Shown here: positions 6,851 through 14,674 of the stretch, piece after piece
Numbering within the stretch: the stretch's first letter is position 1
Layout: each line of letters starts with the position of its first letter
IMG/VR virus record: IMGVR_UViG_3300045988_041360
Span: 1-38,582 of that record
Strand: one strand, 5' to 3'
Source: a virus
Length of the DNA: 38,582 nt
The notes under the pieces: model-generated
What the model saw: the letters and a program-made list of their open reading frames with translations, nothing else
Databases searched by the model: none
Told to the model about the DNA's origin: nothing
Position numbers and translations under genes: made by a program

Positions 6851-8206
6851 GTGGCGGTGGGCGAGGACGAAAAGGCGCGGATGGAGTTTATCCGCAGTGC
6901 GATCAACGCGCATCGTGAATCCCACGCATATAAGACGGCGGCGGATGCTGAGGAATATTACAACGGGCTGAATCCGACAATCAACCGCTATGAAAAGATC
7001 ATCTATGATATGCAGGGCCGCGCCCACGCGGATATGTGGACGGCAAACCACAAGCTGGCCAGCCGATTCTTCGGTCTGGCGGTGGATCAGGAGGTATCGT
7101 ATCTTCTGGGCAACGGCGTGACCTTCGCGGAGAAGGAAACCCCGAACAAGCTATGCCCGGACTTCGACCAGGAAGTCATGGATGCGGCGCGTGAAGCGAA
7201 AATCGCAGGCGTGTCCTTCGGCTTCTGGGACCTGACGCATTTGCGGGTGTTCTCCCTGCTTGAGTTCGTTCCCCTCTATGATGAGGAAGACGGCGCAATG
7301 AAAGCCGGTATCCGGTTTTGGCAGGTGGCACAGGATAAGCCGTTGAGAGCGACGCTATATGAGATCGACGGTTTTACCGAGTATATCCAACCAAGCGGCG
7401 AGGATATGGCCGTCATGCAACCGAAGCGCAGTTATAAGCTGATCGAGCGCAAGGCGGAGGTCGGCGAAACCGAAATCTATGACGGCGGAAATTATCCGAG
7501 TTTCCCCATCGTGCCGCTGAAAAACAACAAGCGATGCCTATCCGAGATTGCTGGCAAGCGCAACACCATTGACGCACTGGATCTGGCGTCTTCCAACATG
7601 GTAAACAACGTGGACGAGGGCAATCTGATCTATTGGGTGATTTCCAATTGTGAGGGCATGACGGATCTGGACGATGCAAAGTTTATTGAACGGCTGAAAA
7701 CCATCCATGTTGCCCACGCAAACGGCGATGATGGCGCAAAGGTGGAGAGTAAGACCATCGAGGCTCCCTATGAGGGCACCAGCAGCACCATTGATATGCT
7801 CAAGAAAAAGCTGTACGAGGATTTCCAGTGCTTTGACGCAACGGCGGTATCCGCCGGGAACCAGACGGCGACCGCAATCAAGGCCAGCTATGTGCCCCTT
7901 GATTTGAAAACGGACAAGTTTGAATCCGAGGTAACGCGGTTTATTTTGGAAATCCTGCGTTTGGCAGGCATTGAGGATCAGCCAACCTACACGCGTAATC
8001 AGATCATCAACAAGAGCGAGGAAACGCAGAACATCCTTCTGGGCGCTGCGTATTACGATGACGAGTACATCACAAAGAAGTTGCTAACCATCAACGGCGA
8101 CATTGACCAGTACGAGGACATGGCAAAGAGGAAAGCAGCAGAAGTGATCGACCGCAGCTTTGCGGAGCCGGGCGCGCCAGGGGTGAGCGGCGATGGCGAC
8201 CAGTGA
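6851..8206 (+). CDS. Portal protein (SPP1 gp6-like)
   Basis: Size, position and SPP1-portal-like sequence. The GTG start at 6851 is from the track. The frame is open from 6824, and an ATT at 6830 behind GGGGTGAGCGGAG is an alternative start. Confidence 0.85.
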   Translation: MAVGEDEKARMEFIRSAINAHRESHAYKTAADAEEYYNGLNPTINRYEKIIYDMQGRAHADMWTANHKLASRFFGLAVDQEVSYLLGNGVTFAEKETPNKLCPDFDQEVMDAAREAKIAGVSFGFWDLTHLRVFSLLEFVPLYDEEDGAMKAGIRFWQVAQDKPLRATLYEIDGFTEYIQPSGEDMAVMQPKRSYKLIERKAEVGETEIYDGGNYPSFPIVPLKNNKRCLSEIAGKRNTIDALDLASSNMVNNVDEGNLIYWVISNCEGMTDLDDAKFIERLKTIHVAHANGDDGAKVESKTIEAPYEGTSSTIDMLKKKLYEDFQCFDATAVSAGNQTATAIKASYVPLDLKTDKFESEVTRFILEILRLAGIEDQPTYTRNQIINKSEETQNILLGAAYYDDEYITKKLLTINGDIDQYEDMAKRKAAEVIDRSFAEPGAPGVSGDGDQ

Positions 8207-9713
8207 TCTTGGGCATCAACTGACAGACAAGGAGCTTGCAAAGCTGGAACGGCGTATTGCAAAACTATACCGCGAGGCGGGGGAAGAACTGCAAGCTACC
8301 ATCGACTCATATTTCGAGCAATTCAAAAAGCGCGACGAGGAAATGAAGGCGCTGATCGGCACCGTGCAGAACGGAAAGGAATGGACGGAGGCCGACTATA
8401 AGCAATGGCGGCTGAACCAGATCGGGCGTGGGGAACGCTATCAGGCAATGCGTGACAGGGTGGCACACCGCGTGACCGATGCAAACGCTGTGGCGGTGTC
8501 CTACACAAACGATGCAACGCCTGGTATTTACTCCCTTAACCGCAATTATGCGGCGTACACTATCGAGAGTGTGGCTGGGGACGTGGGCTTTGACTTGTGG
8601 GACGAGCAGACGGTGAAACGCCTGATCGTGGAGAAACCGGGGTTGATGCCGTACTATCCAAAGGACAGGGCACTGAAACGAGGGATTGATCTCGCATATG
8701 GCAAGAAGCAAATTACGGCCAGTGTCACCAGCTCCATCTTACAGGGAAAGAGCATCAAGCGCATGGCGAATGACCTACAAAAGCGGATCACCACCATGAG
8801 CCGCGATTCCGCCATCCGCACCGCAAGAACCGCCGTGACCGGCGCGCAGAACGCCGGACGCATGGACAGCTACGCGGCGGCGGAGAAGATGGGCATTAAG
8901 CTCAAGAAACAATGGCTTGCGACGCTGGACAATCGCACGCGGCACGCTCATGCCATGCTGGACGGCCAGACGGTGGACATTGAAAAGCCGTTTAAGGTCG
9001 ACGGTTACGATATCATGTTCCCCGGGGACACATCCGCACCCGGCTACCTCGTGTATAACTGCCGTTGTACAATGGTTGCGGATGTGGATGGAGTAAATTC
9101 CACGGGCCAAAGACGCGCCAGAAACCCGGTTACAGGTGAAAACGAGATCGTTTCAAATATGACCTATTCAGAGTGGGCGGCACAGAAAGAAGCGGAAAAT
9201 GCTACAGCGTGGGGCATCTTTATCAAAAAAGGCCGGAATCTATCGGCAGACACGAAGCAATGGAAAGAATACAAGGCGGTTCTGAGCAAAAAAGTTCCGA
9301 ATACCGTTGAAGATTTCCAGAATTTGAAGTATAATGAACCTGAAAAGTGGGCGCAATTAAAAACCACAAAGCGGCAGATTGTTGTTGTTAAAAATGCGGA
9401 GTGCAGAACAACACCCAAAAAATACACAGGCTATTTCCTGAAAAATGGAGCAAAACACGCAGACCAATTCTTTGATGTTGGATATACGGCAGACAATCCG
9501 CTCCAATTGCGCTATGATATGGCAAGGCAGTTTAACATGGAAAAGGCTGTGGATTTTAAAGAATTAGGCGGCGGAGCTGTGCGTTTTAATATTTCCATGG
9601 AACTTGGTGTGACGAAACAACGAACGTTTTGCACTGGCTGGATAAAGGATGAATCAGAAAGCAAACCGCGTATCATAACGGCCTTTAGGAAAAACAAGGA
9701 GGATGCGGGATGA
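8193..9713 (+). CDS. MuF/SPP1 gp7-family head morphogenesis protein with a C-terminal DUF6883-like extension of about 175 aa
   Basis: NRTRHAHAMLDGQTV...PGYLVYNCRCTM is the MuF core. The C-terminus KKYTGYFLKNGAKHADQFFDVGYTADN...KPRIITAF is an add-on domain. Confidence 0.85.
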   Translation: MATSDLGHQLTDKELAKLERRIAKLYREAGEELQATIDSYFEQFKKRDEEMKALIGTVQNGKEWTEADYKQWRLNQIGRGERYQAMRDRVAHRVTDANAVAVSYTNDATPGIYSLNRNYAAYTIESVAGDVGFDLWDEQTVKRLIVEKPGLMPYYPKDRALKRGIDLAYGKKQITASVTSSILQGKSIKRMANDLQKRITTMSRDSAIRTARTAVTGAQNAGRMDSYAAAEKMGIKLKKQWLATLDNRTRHAHAMLDGQTVDIEKPFKVDGYDIMFPGDTSAPGYLVYNCRCTMVADVDGVNSTGQRRARNPVTGENEIVSNMTYSEWAAQKEAENATAWGIFIKKGRNLSADTKQWKEYKAVLSKKVPNTVEDFQNLKYNEPEKWAQLKTTKRQIVVVKNAECRTTPKKYTGYFLKNGAKHADQFFDVGYTADNPLQLRYDMARQFNMEKAVDFKELGGGAVRFNISMELGVTKQRTFCTGWIKDESESKPRIITAFRKNKEDAG

Positions 9714-9874
9714 TCCGTGAATATGATCGTGTAAAGGTAAAAAGTACTGGGGATACCGGTATTGTTGTCGACATCAGAAATACCAACGGGACGTATTTTT
9801 TGGTGGAAAGAGACAGCGATAACGAACTGATTGACTGCACTGCCAGCGAACTGGAAAAATTGGGCAGAGGATAA
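9710..9874 (+). CDS. 54-aa DUF4926-like protein (not in the ORF track); candidate partner or immunity protein for the MuF C-terminal domain
   Basis: ATGA overlap with the MuF stop, AAGGAGGA SD 6 nt upstream; MIREYDRVKVKSTGDTGIVVDIRNTNGTYFLVERDSDNELIDCTASELEKLGRG. Confidence 0.65.
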   Translation: MIREYDRVKVKSTGDTGIVVDIRNTNGTYFLVERDSDNELIDCTASELEKLGRG

Positions 9875-9876
9875 CA

Positions 9877-10275
9877 ATGAACATTGATATTCAAGACCAC
9901 AGTGCGGAGGTTTCCGCTGAGATCAAGGCGGCGCTGCTGCGGGGCCTTGAAAAGATCGGGCTGGTGGTAGAAGGATATGCGAAAAAGCTGTGCCCCGTTG
10001 ACACCGGCAATCTGCGGAACAGCATTACCCATATGATAGACGAGCAGGAACCGGCGGCAATCATCGGCACGAACAATGAGTATGCCGCTTACGTCGAGCT
10101 TGGCACAGGCATTTACGCCGAGGGCGGACGGCCTACACCGTGGGTGTACCAGGACGCGAAGGGGAATTGGCATTACACGCGCGGCAACAAGGCACAGCCG
10201 TTTTTGAAACCCGCTGCCGCCGACCATGTGGGACAGTATCGAGATATTCTGGAAAGCGAGCTGAAAAATGGATAA
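9877..10275 (+). CDS. HK97 gp10-family head-tail joining protein
   Basis: AKKLCPVDTGNLRNSI...NEYAAYVELGTG is the gp10-family signature. Confidence 0.7.
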   Translation: MNIDIQDHSAEVSAEIKAALLRGLEKIGLVVEGYAKKLCPVDTGNLRNSITHMIDEQEPAAIIGTNNEYAAYVELGTGIYAEGGRPTPWVYQDAKGNWHYTRGNKAQPFLKPAAADHVGQYRDILESELKNG

Positions 10276-10393
10276 GGACTTTATTAAGGCGGTGGAGGCC
10301 GTACTTGCGACCGGCGCAAGAGTGCAGCTCAAGCAGATGAAGGACGGGAGCATCAAGGCGCAGATCGTCAAGATGGAAGAAATCAAAAAATAA
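10268..10393 (+). CDS. 41-aa hypothetical protein (not in the ORF track)
   Basis: ATG overlaps the end of the upstream gene (ATGGATAA); MDKDFIKAVEAVLATGARVQLKQMKDGSIKAQIVKMEEIKK; followed by a terminator. Confidence 0.4.
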   Translation: MDKDFIKAVEAVLATGARVQLKQMKDGSIKAQIVKMEEIKK

Positions 10394-10433
10394 ATATGAC
10401 CGCAGCGCAATTGAGCGCGCGAAACGGCACGAT

Positions 10434-10477
10434 GAGCCAACTACTGAGTTTTTCTCGGTGGTTGGCTCTTTTGTTTT
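10434..10477 (+). terminator. Rho-independent terminator
   Basis: GAGCCAAC(tact)...GTTGGCTC long stem followed by TTTTGTTTT. Confidence 0.7.
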
Positions 10478-10558
10478 CGGTAAAACCCGCGAGGTACAGC
10501 GGTTTTATACAATCTATCTCCGCGACGAACTGCGGACAAGGGAAAGGAAGATAGAACA

Positions 10559-11170
10559 ATGGCACTTACACGCAAACTTTTAAAGGGCATGGGTCTCACC
10601 GACGAACAGGTGGATACCATCATCGAGGCGCATACTGACACCGTGGACGGCCTAAAGGCGGATGTGGCCCGCTACAAGGCCGACGCGGAGAAGCTGCCCG
10701 GCGTCCAGAAGCAGTTGGACGACCTCAAGGCAGCAGGTGACGGCGGCTATAAGGAAAAGTACGAGAAGGAACACTCGGCCTTTGAAGCCTTTAAGACCGA
10801 CATCACGGCAAAGGAGAGCAAGGCGGCAAAGGAAAAGGCCGTCCGGGCTTACTTTGAGAGCAAAAACATCACCGGCGCGAATCTGGACCTTGCTATGCGG
10901 GGCTGCGGCGAAGAAATGGCCGCATTGGAGCTGGACGGCGAGAAGATCAAGGACACCAAGAGCCTTGATGCACTCGTAAACGGCACCTACAAGGGGCTTG
11001 TCTCCACCACGCAGACGCACGGTGCGAATCCTGCCAATCCCCCGGCGAACACCGGCAGCGCGAATCTGACCAAGGCAGACATCTACAAAAAGGACGATAA
11101 GGGCCGCTATGTAATGTCTACTGCCGAACGGCAGAAAGCACTTGCCGAAAATCCTGATTTGATGAACTGA
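10559..11170 (+). CDS. Scaffolding protein (GP20-like)
   Basis: Helical, charged 203-aa protein directly upstream of the major capsid gene; N-terminus LLKGMGLTDEQVDTIIEAHTDTVDGLK is typical. Confidence 0.7.
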   Translation: MALTRKLLKGMGLTDEQVDTIIEAHTDTVDGLKADVARYKADAEKLPGVQKQLDDLKAAGDGGYKEKYEKEHSAFEAFKTDITAKESKAAKEKAVRAYFESKNITGANLDLAMRGCGEEMAALELDGEKIKDTKSLDALVNGTYKGLVSTTQTHGANPANPPANTGSANLTKADIYKKDDKGRYVMSTAERQKALAENPDLMN

Positions 11171-11184
11171 AAGGAGCCTTTAAC

Positions 11185-12108
11185 ATGGCAGCAACTAAAG
11201 TTGAAACTCTGACCCAGCCCCGTGATTCTCTGCCCAATGTCTATACCAGCGTGACCGCGCGCGAGGTCGACTTTGTTACCCGGTTTGATGACAACTGGGA
11301 GGCGCTGAGAAATATTCTGGGCATCACTCGCCCTATCCGAAAGACCCCCGGTACGTCTCTGGTGTCTTACACCGCCAGTATTGACCTGGAGAGCGGCTCT
11401 GTTGACCCCGGCGAGGTCATCCCCTACAGCAAGACCACCATCGTGCAGGCGGCAAAGTCTGACCTGACGATTGAGAAGTACGCGAAAGCCGTACCCATCG
11501 AAGATGTGAACAAGTACGGCGCGGAAATCGCCGTAGAAAAGTCCGATGACGCATTCCTGACAAAGCTCCAGAATGTTGTTATGGGTAAGTTCTACACCTT
11601 CTTGAACACCGGAAGCCTGACCAAGACCGCCACCACCTGGCAGGATGCGCTTGCCAAGGCTCAGGGCGAGGTTCTGAACAAGTTTGCCACTATCCAGAAG
11701 GATGTCACCCAGGTGGTAGGTTTTGCCAACATTCTGGATGCCTATGACTATCTGGGTACTGCAAACATCACCGTACAGACCCAGTTCGGCATCAACTACA
11801 TCAAAGATTTCATGGGCTATTCCACCCTGTTCCTGCTGCCTGCGGCGCAGATCGCCCGGAATAAGGTTATTGCTACCCCCGTGGAAAATATTGACCTGTA
11901 CTATGTGGATCCCAGCGATAGCGAGTTTGCCCGCCTGGGCCTGAACTACACCGTTCAGGGCGAGACTAACCTGATTGGTTTCCACGCCCAGGGCAACTAC
12001 AGCACCGCCGTAGGCGAGAGCTACGCGCTGATGGGTATGGCCCTGTGGGCTGAGTATCTGGACGGTATCGCCGTTGTGACCGTAACACCCGCCACCGTGG
12101 GGGGCTGA
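11185..12108 (+). CDS. Major capsid protein
   Basis: 307 aa, position after the scaffold gene, strong SD AAAGGAG, SPP1 gp13-like flavour. Confidence 0.8.
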   Translation: MAATKVETLTQPRDSLPNVYTSVTAREVDFVTRFDDNWEALRNILGITRPIRKTPGTSLVSYTASIDLESGSVDPGEVIPYSKTTIVQAAKSDLTIEKYAKAVPIEDVNKYGAEIAVEKSDDAFLTKLQNVVMGKFYTFLNTGSLTKTATTWQDALAKAQGEVLNKFATIQKDVTQVVGFANILDAYDYLGTANITVQTQFGINYIKDFMGYSTLFLLPAAQIARNKVIATPVENIDLYYVDPSDSEFARLGLNYTVQGETNLIGFHAQGNYSTAVGESYALMGMALWAEYLDGIAVVTVTPATVGG

Positions 12109-12119
12109 TTGAGCCGCTA

Positions 12120-12263
12120 ATGGCAACGGCGCCCGGCAGTGACGCAGACCTTAGCAACTTAACAAAGGCGGAATTGCTTGCGTATGCGGAGGAAAACGGC
12201 ATTGCTGGGGTTAGCGGCTCAATGAAAAAGGCCGAAATCTATAAAATTGTTGCAGGTAGCTAA
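12120..12263 (+). CDS. 47-aa Rho-N/SAP-like (HeH) domain protein (not in the ORF track)
   Basis: LSNLTKAELLAYAEENGIAGVSGSMKKAEIYKIV matches the Rho N-terminal/SAP helix-extended-helix motif often encoded after capsid genes. Confidence 0.6.
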   Translation: MATAPGSDADLSNLTKAELLAYAEENGIAGVSGSMKKAEIYKIVAGS

Positions 12264-12276
12264 AGGAGGCAGCGCA

Positions 12277-12708
12277 ATGCTTGAAAATGTTCTACGGCAC
12301 TTAAACAACTGGTTCCTTGTGGAGATTCACGAGGGCACGTTCACCGTGGAGAATGGCAGCATTGCGCTGCCTTTTCTCCAAACCAATCAATATTTCCGCA
12401 TCTGTGGCTCCGTGTTCAACGATGGCCTGCACCAGTATCCGGCAGCTGACCTGACGGATGAAACCTTTACCGGGACGGTGTGGGCGCTGGCGGTGCCAAA
12501 GGCTGTTGTTTCCCTTGCCGAAGATATCGCCGCGTGGGAAGAAAAGAACGGGGAGGCCGTTGCAAGCCCGTATCAAAGTGAGAGCTTCGGGGGCTATTCT
12601 TACACCAAACGCAGCGATGGAAGCGACAGCAACGCGTTAAACGGCTGGCAGGGTGCCTTTAAAGGCCGATTGAATGATTGGCGCAAGCTCAAGGGGGTGG
12701 AACCATGA
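12277..12708 (+). CDS. Putative head-tail connector protein
   Basis: ATG 12277 after AAAGGAGG; position between the capsid and head-closure genes. Confidence 0.5.
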   Translation: MLENVLRHLNNWFLVEIHEGTFTVENGSIALPFLQTNQYFRICGSVFNDGLHQYPAADLTDETFTGTVWALAVPKAVVSLAEDIAAWEEKNGEAVASPYQSESFGGYSYTKRSDGSDSNALNGWQGAFKGRLNDWRKLKGVEP

Positions 12709-13064
12709 GTTTACTGGACGATTTCGCAAGCAAATGCGTGCTGATGGAAAAGACGCGAACGCCGGACGGCGCAGGCGGCTACATAGTTGCGTGGGCCGAG
12801 GGCGCGGAATTCCTCAACTATCAGGCGCTTGACACCTCGATGGAGGCCCGAAGGGCGGAAAAGGAGGGTGTGACCTCGGTGTATTCCGCACTGGTCAACA
12901 AGACCGTTCCCATCGAGTATAACGACTATTTTCGCGACACGTCTACCGGCAACACCTACCGCGTGACCTCAAACCCGGAGGAAAAGGCCGCGCCGAAGTC
13001 TGCAGGTGCAATCATTAAGGCACTGAAATTCTTCACAGCGGAGCGAAAGGAGCTGCCGAAATGA
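12705..13064 (+). CDS. Putative head closure/head-tail adaptor protein (SPP1 gp16-like)
   Basis: ATGA overlap; about 119 aa; the TRTPDGAGGY...W pattern and gene order. Confidence 0.5.
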   Translation: MSLLDDFASKCVLMEKTRTPDGAGGYIVAWAEGAEFLNYQALDTSMEARRAEKEGVTSVYSALVNKTVPIEYNDYFRDTSTGNTYRVTSNPEEKAAPKSAGAIIKALKFFTAERKELPK

Positions 13065-13429
13065 CAAAGGACAAGGCGCTCCATGCGTGGTTTTCTCAAT
13101 TCCTCCCGGCATTCCCAACATCTAATGTGCCGGAGGATGCGACGTTCCCGTGGCTGACCTATGAACTGATTACCGGGTCATGGGAGAGCGGGGGAATCGC
13201 TCTGACGGTGAATCTCTGGTATTACACCGAGAGCGAGGCGATACCCAACGCCAAGGCACAGGAAATTTCTGACGCCATCGGCATGGGCGGCGCGTTCGTG
13301 CCCTATGACGGAGGCGCGATGTGGATCAAGCGCGGGTCCCCGTGGGGCCAGAACATCGCGGACGAGAGCGATAAGAACATCAAGCGGCGGTATCTCAACA
13401 TCACGGTGGAATATCTGTCGCAAAACTGA
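13061..13429 (+). CDS. Putative tail terminator/tail completion protein
   Basis: ATGA overlap; 122 aa, immediately before the major tail gene. Confidence 0.45.
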   Translation: MTKDKALHAWFSQFLPAFPTSNVPEDATFPWLTYELITGSWESGGIALTVNLWYYTESEAIPNAKAQEISDAIGMGGAFVPYDGGAMWIKRGSPWGQNIADESDKNIKRRYLNITVEYLSQN

Positions 13430-13444
13430 TGAAAGGACGAAACT

Positions 13445-14029
13445 ATGAGATTTACTAAAATCCCTTCCGACGCATTTCAGAAATTACAGATCAACGCCGG
13501 TATTCTGACCACCGATTTCACCCCGGCCACCGGAACCATCGGAGAGGCGGGACAGATCGGCGCGACTACCGGCGGTGTAAATTTTACCGCAACGCCCAGC
13601 TTCTCCGATTTTGGCGAAGACATTGACAACTGCCCCAAGAACATGAAGGAGCTGAAACGGCTGGATTCCTGGGAAGCGAAAATAACGGGTACGTTCGTCA
13701 ACGCAGACACCAAGATCGCAAAGAGCCTTTGCGGTGCTGCCGATGTGGGTACTAGCGATGGGAAGGTCACGCCTCGAAACGATCTGTCGGACGCTGACTT
13801 TGCCGACATCTGGCTGGTGGGCGACTACTCCGACAAGAACGGCGATAAAAATGGCGGCTTCATCGCCATCCACCTGATGAATGCGCTGTCCACCGGCGGC
13901 TTCCAGCTGCAGACCAGCGACAAGGCAAAGGGCCAGTTTGCATTTGAGTATACCGCCCACTACTCCATGGCAGCACAGAACACGGTCCCCTTTGAGATCT
14001 ACATTAAGGCCGGTACGGCGGAGGGCTGA
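13445..14029 (+). CDS. Major tail protein
   Basis: 194 aa, beta-rich, position upstream of the chaperone/TMP genes. Confidence 0.65.
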   Translation: MRFTKIPSDAFQKLQINAGILTTDFTPATGTIGEAGQIGATTGGVNFTATPSFSDFGEDIDNCPKNMKELKRLDSWEAKITGTFVNADTKIAKSLCGAADVGTSDGKVTPRNDLSDADFADIWLVGDYSDKNGDKNGGFIAIHLMNALSTGGFQLQTSDKAKGQFAFEYTAHYSMAAQNTVPFEIYIKAGTAEG

Positions 14030-14030
14030 T

Positions 14031-14426
14031 ATGAAACTTTCCGACATTCATGGCGAGCGGGTGTTTGATGTTATCGCAGATATCATTGACCCCATTGCCA
14101 ACATCGCAGAGGACGAGAAGGCTTCCGCCATGTTCCGGCGTGAAAAGATCCCCGAGGGAATGACGGCGAAGAAGTTTGCAATGCAGCGGGTGCGTAAAGC
14201 ACTCCCTGCACTGCTCAAGGGCCACAAAGGCGACATCATCGCTATCCTTGCCGCCATCGAGGGCGTGAGTGCGGAGAACTACAAGGGCGCTCTGAACCTC
14301 GTCAAACTGATGCGCGACGCGACGGAGCTTTTGACCGATGATGCGTTTACCGCGCTTTTTATCTCAGCGCAGAGCGGGAAATCCTCTGGCTCTGCGCAGG
14401 AGAATACCGAGGGCAAAGGAGAATAA
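14031..14426 (+). CDS. Tail assembly chaperone (gpG-like)
   Basis: ATG 14031 directly after the major tail stop; acidic 131-aa protein upstream of the tape measure gene. Confidence 0.6.
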   Translation: MKLSDIHGERVFDVIADIIDPIANIAEDEKASAMFRREKIPEGMTAKKFAMQRVRKALPALLKGHKGDIIAILAAIEGVSAENYKGALNLVKLMRDATELLTDDAFTALFISAQSGKSSGSAQENTEGKGE

Positions 14427-14446
14427 AGCCGTTCCTGCGATACTGC

Positions 14447-14674
14447 GTGGCGCGGCTCAATGAGAAAGCGAAAACCGAGGCGTACCGCATCTATGTGACG
14501 GACGCGCTGCGCGTGGTAGCGGAAAACACGGCGCGATACGCGGGCGGAAACTACATCAAGGCGCGATACGCGGACATTATTGAGCCGAAGAAGCAGGACA
14601 ACAGAACGTGCGAAGAGATTACCGCCGATGTAGTCGCGCGGTGCGGATTGGTGGTGAAGCATGAATCTACTTGA
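14447..14674 (+). CDS. Second tail chaperone ORF (gpT-like); either made from its own GTG start or as a -1 frameshift extension of 14031..14426
   Basis: The -1 frame is open from 14342 and overlaps the gpG-like ORF by 85 nt; its end overlaps the TMP start. Confidence 0.5.
   Translation: MARLNEKAKTEAYRIYVTDALRVVAENTARYAGGNYIKARYADIIEPKKQDNRTCEEITADVVARCGLVVKHEST

Noticed and set aside
11107-12126. Long minus-strand ORFs antisense to structural genes (for example 11107..12126, 16803..17690, 18828..19679, 19814..20788, 21066..21869, 26528..27334, 13484..14047)
   Set aside because: They lie entirely inside well-supported + strand genes. They lack SDs, and their products are low-complexity (R/G/P/H-rich), as expected for stop-poor antisense frames in GC-rich coding DNA.
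14355-14382. CTTTTTA and GGGAAAT as canonical -1 slippery heptamers for the tail chaperone
   Set aside because: Both are out of register with the zero frame (which reads CTT TTT A and GGG AAA T), so they do not satisfy X_XXY_YYZ. This is kept only as an open question in the findings.
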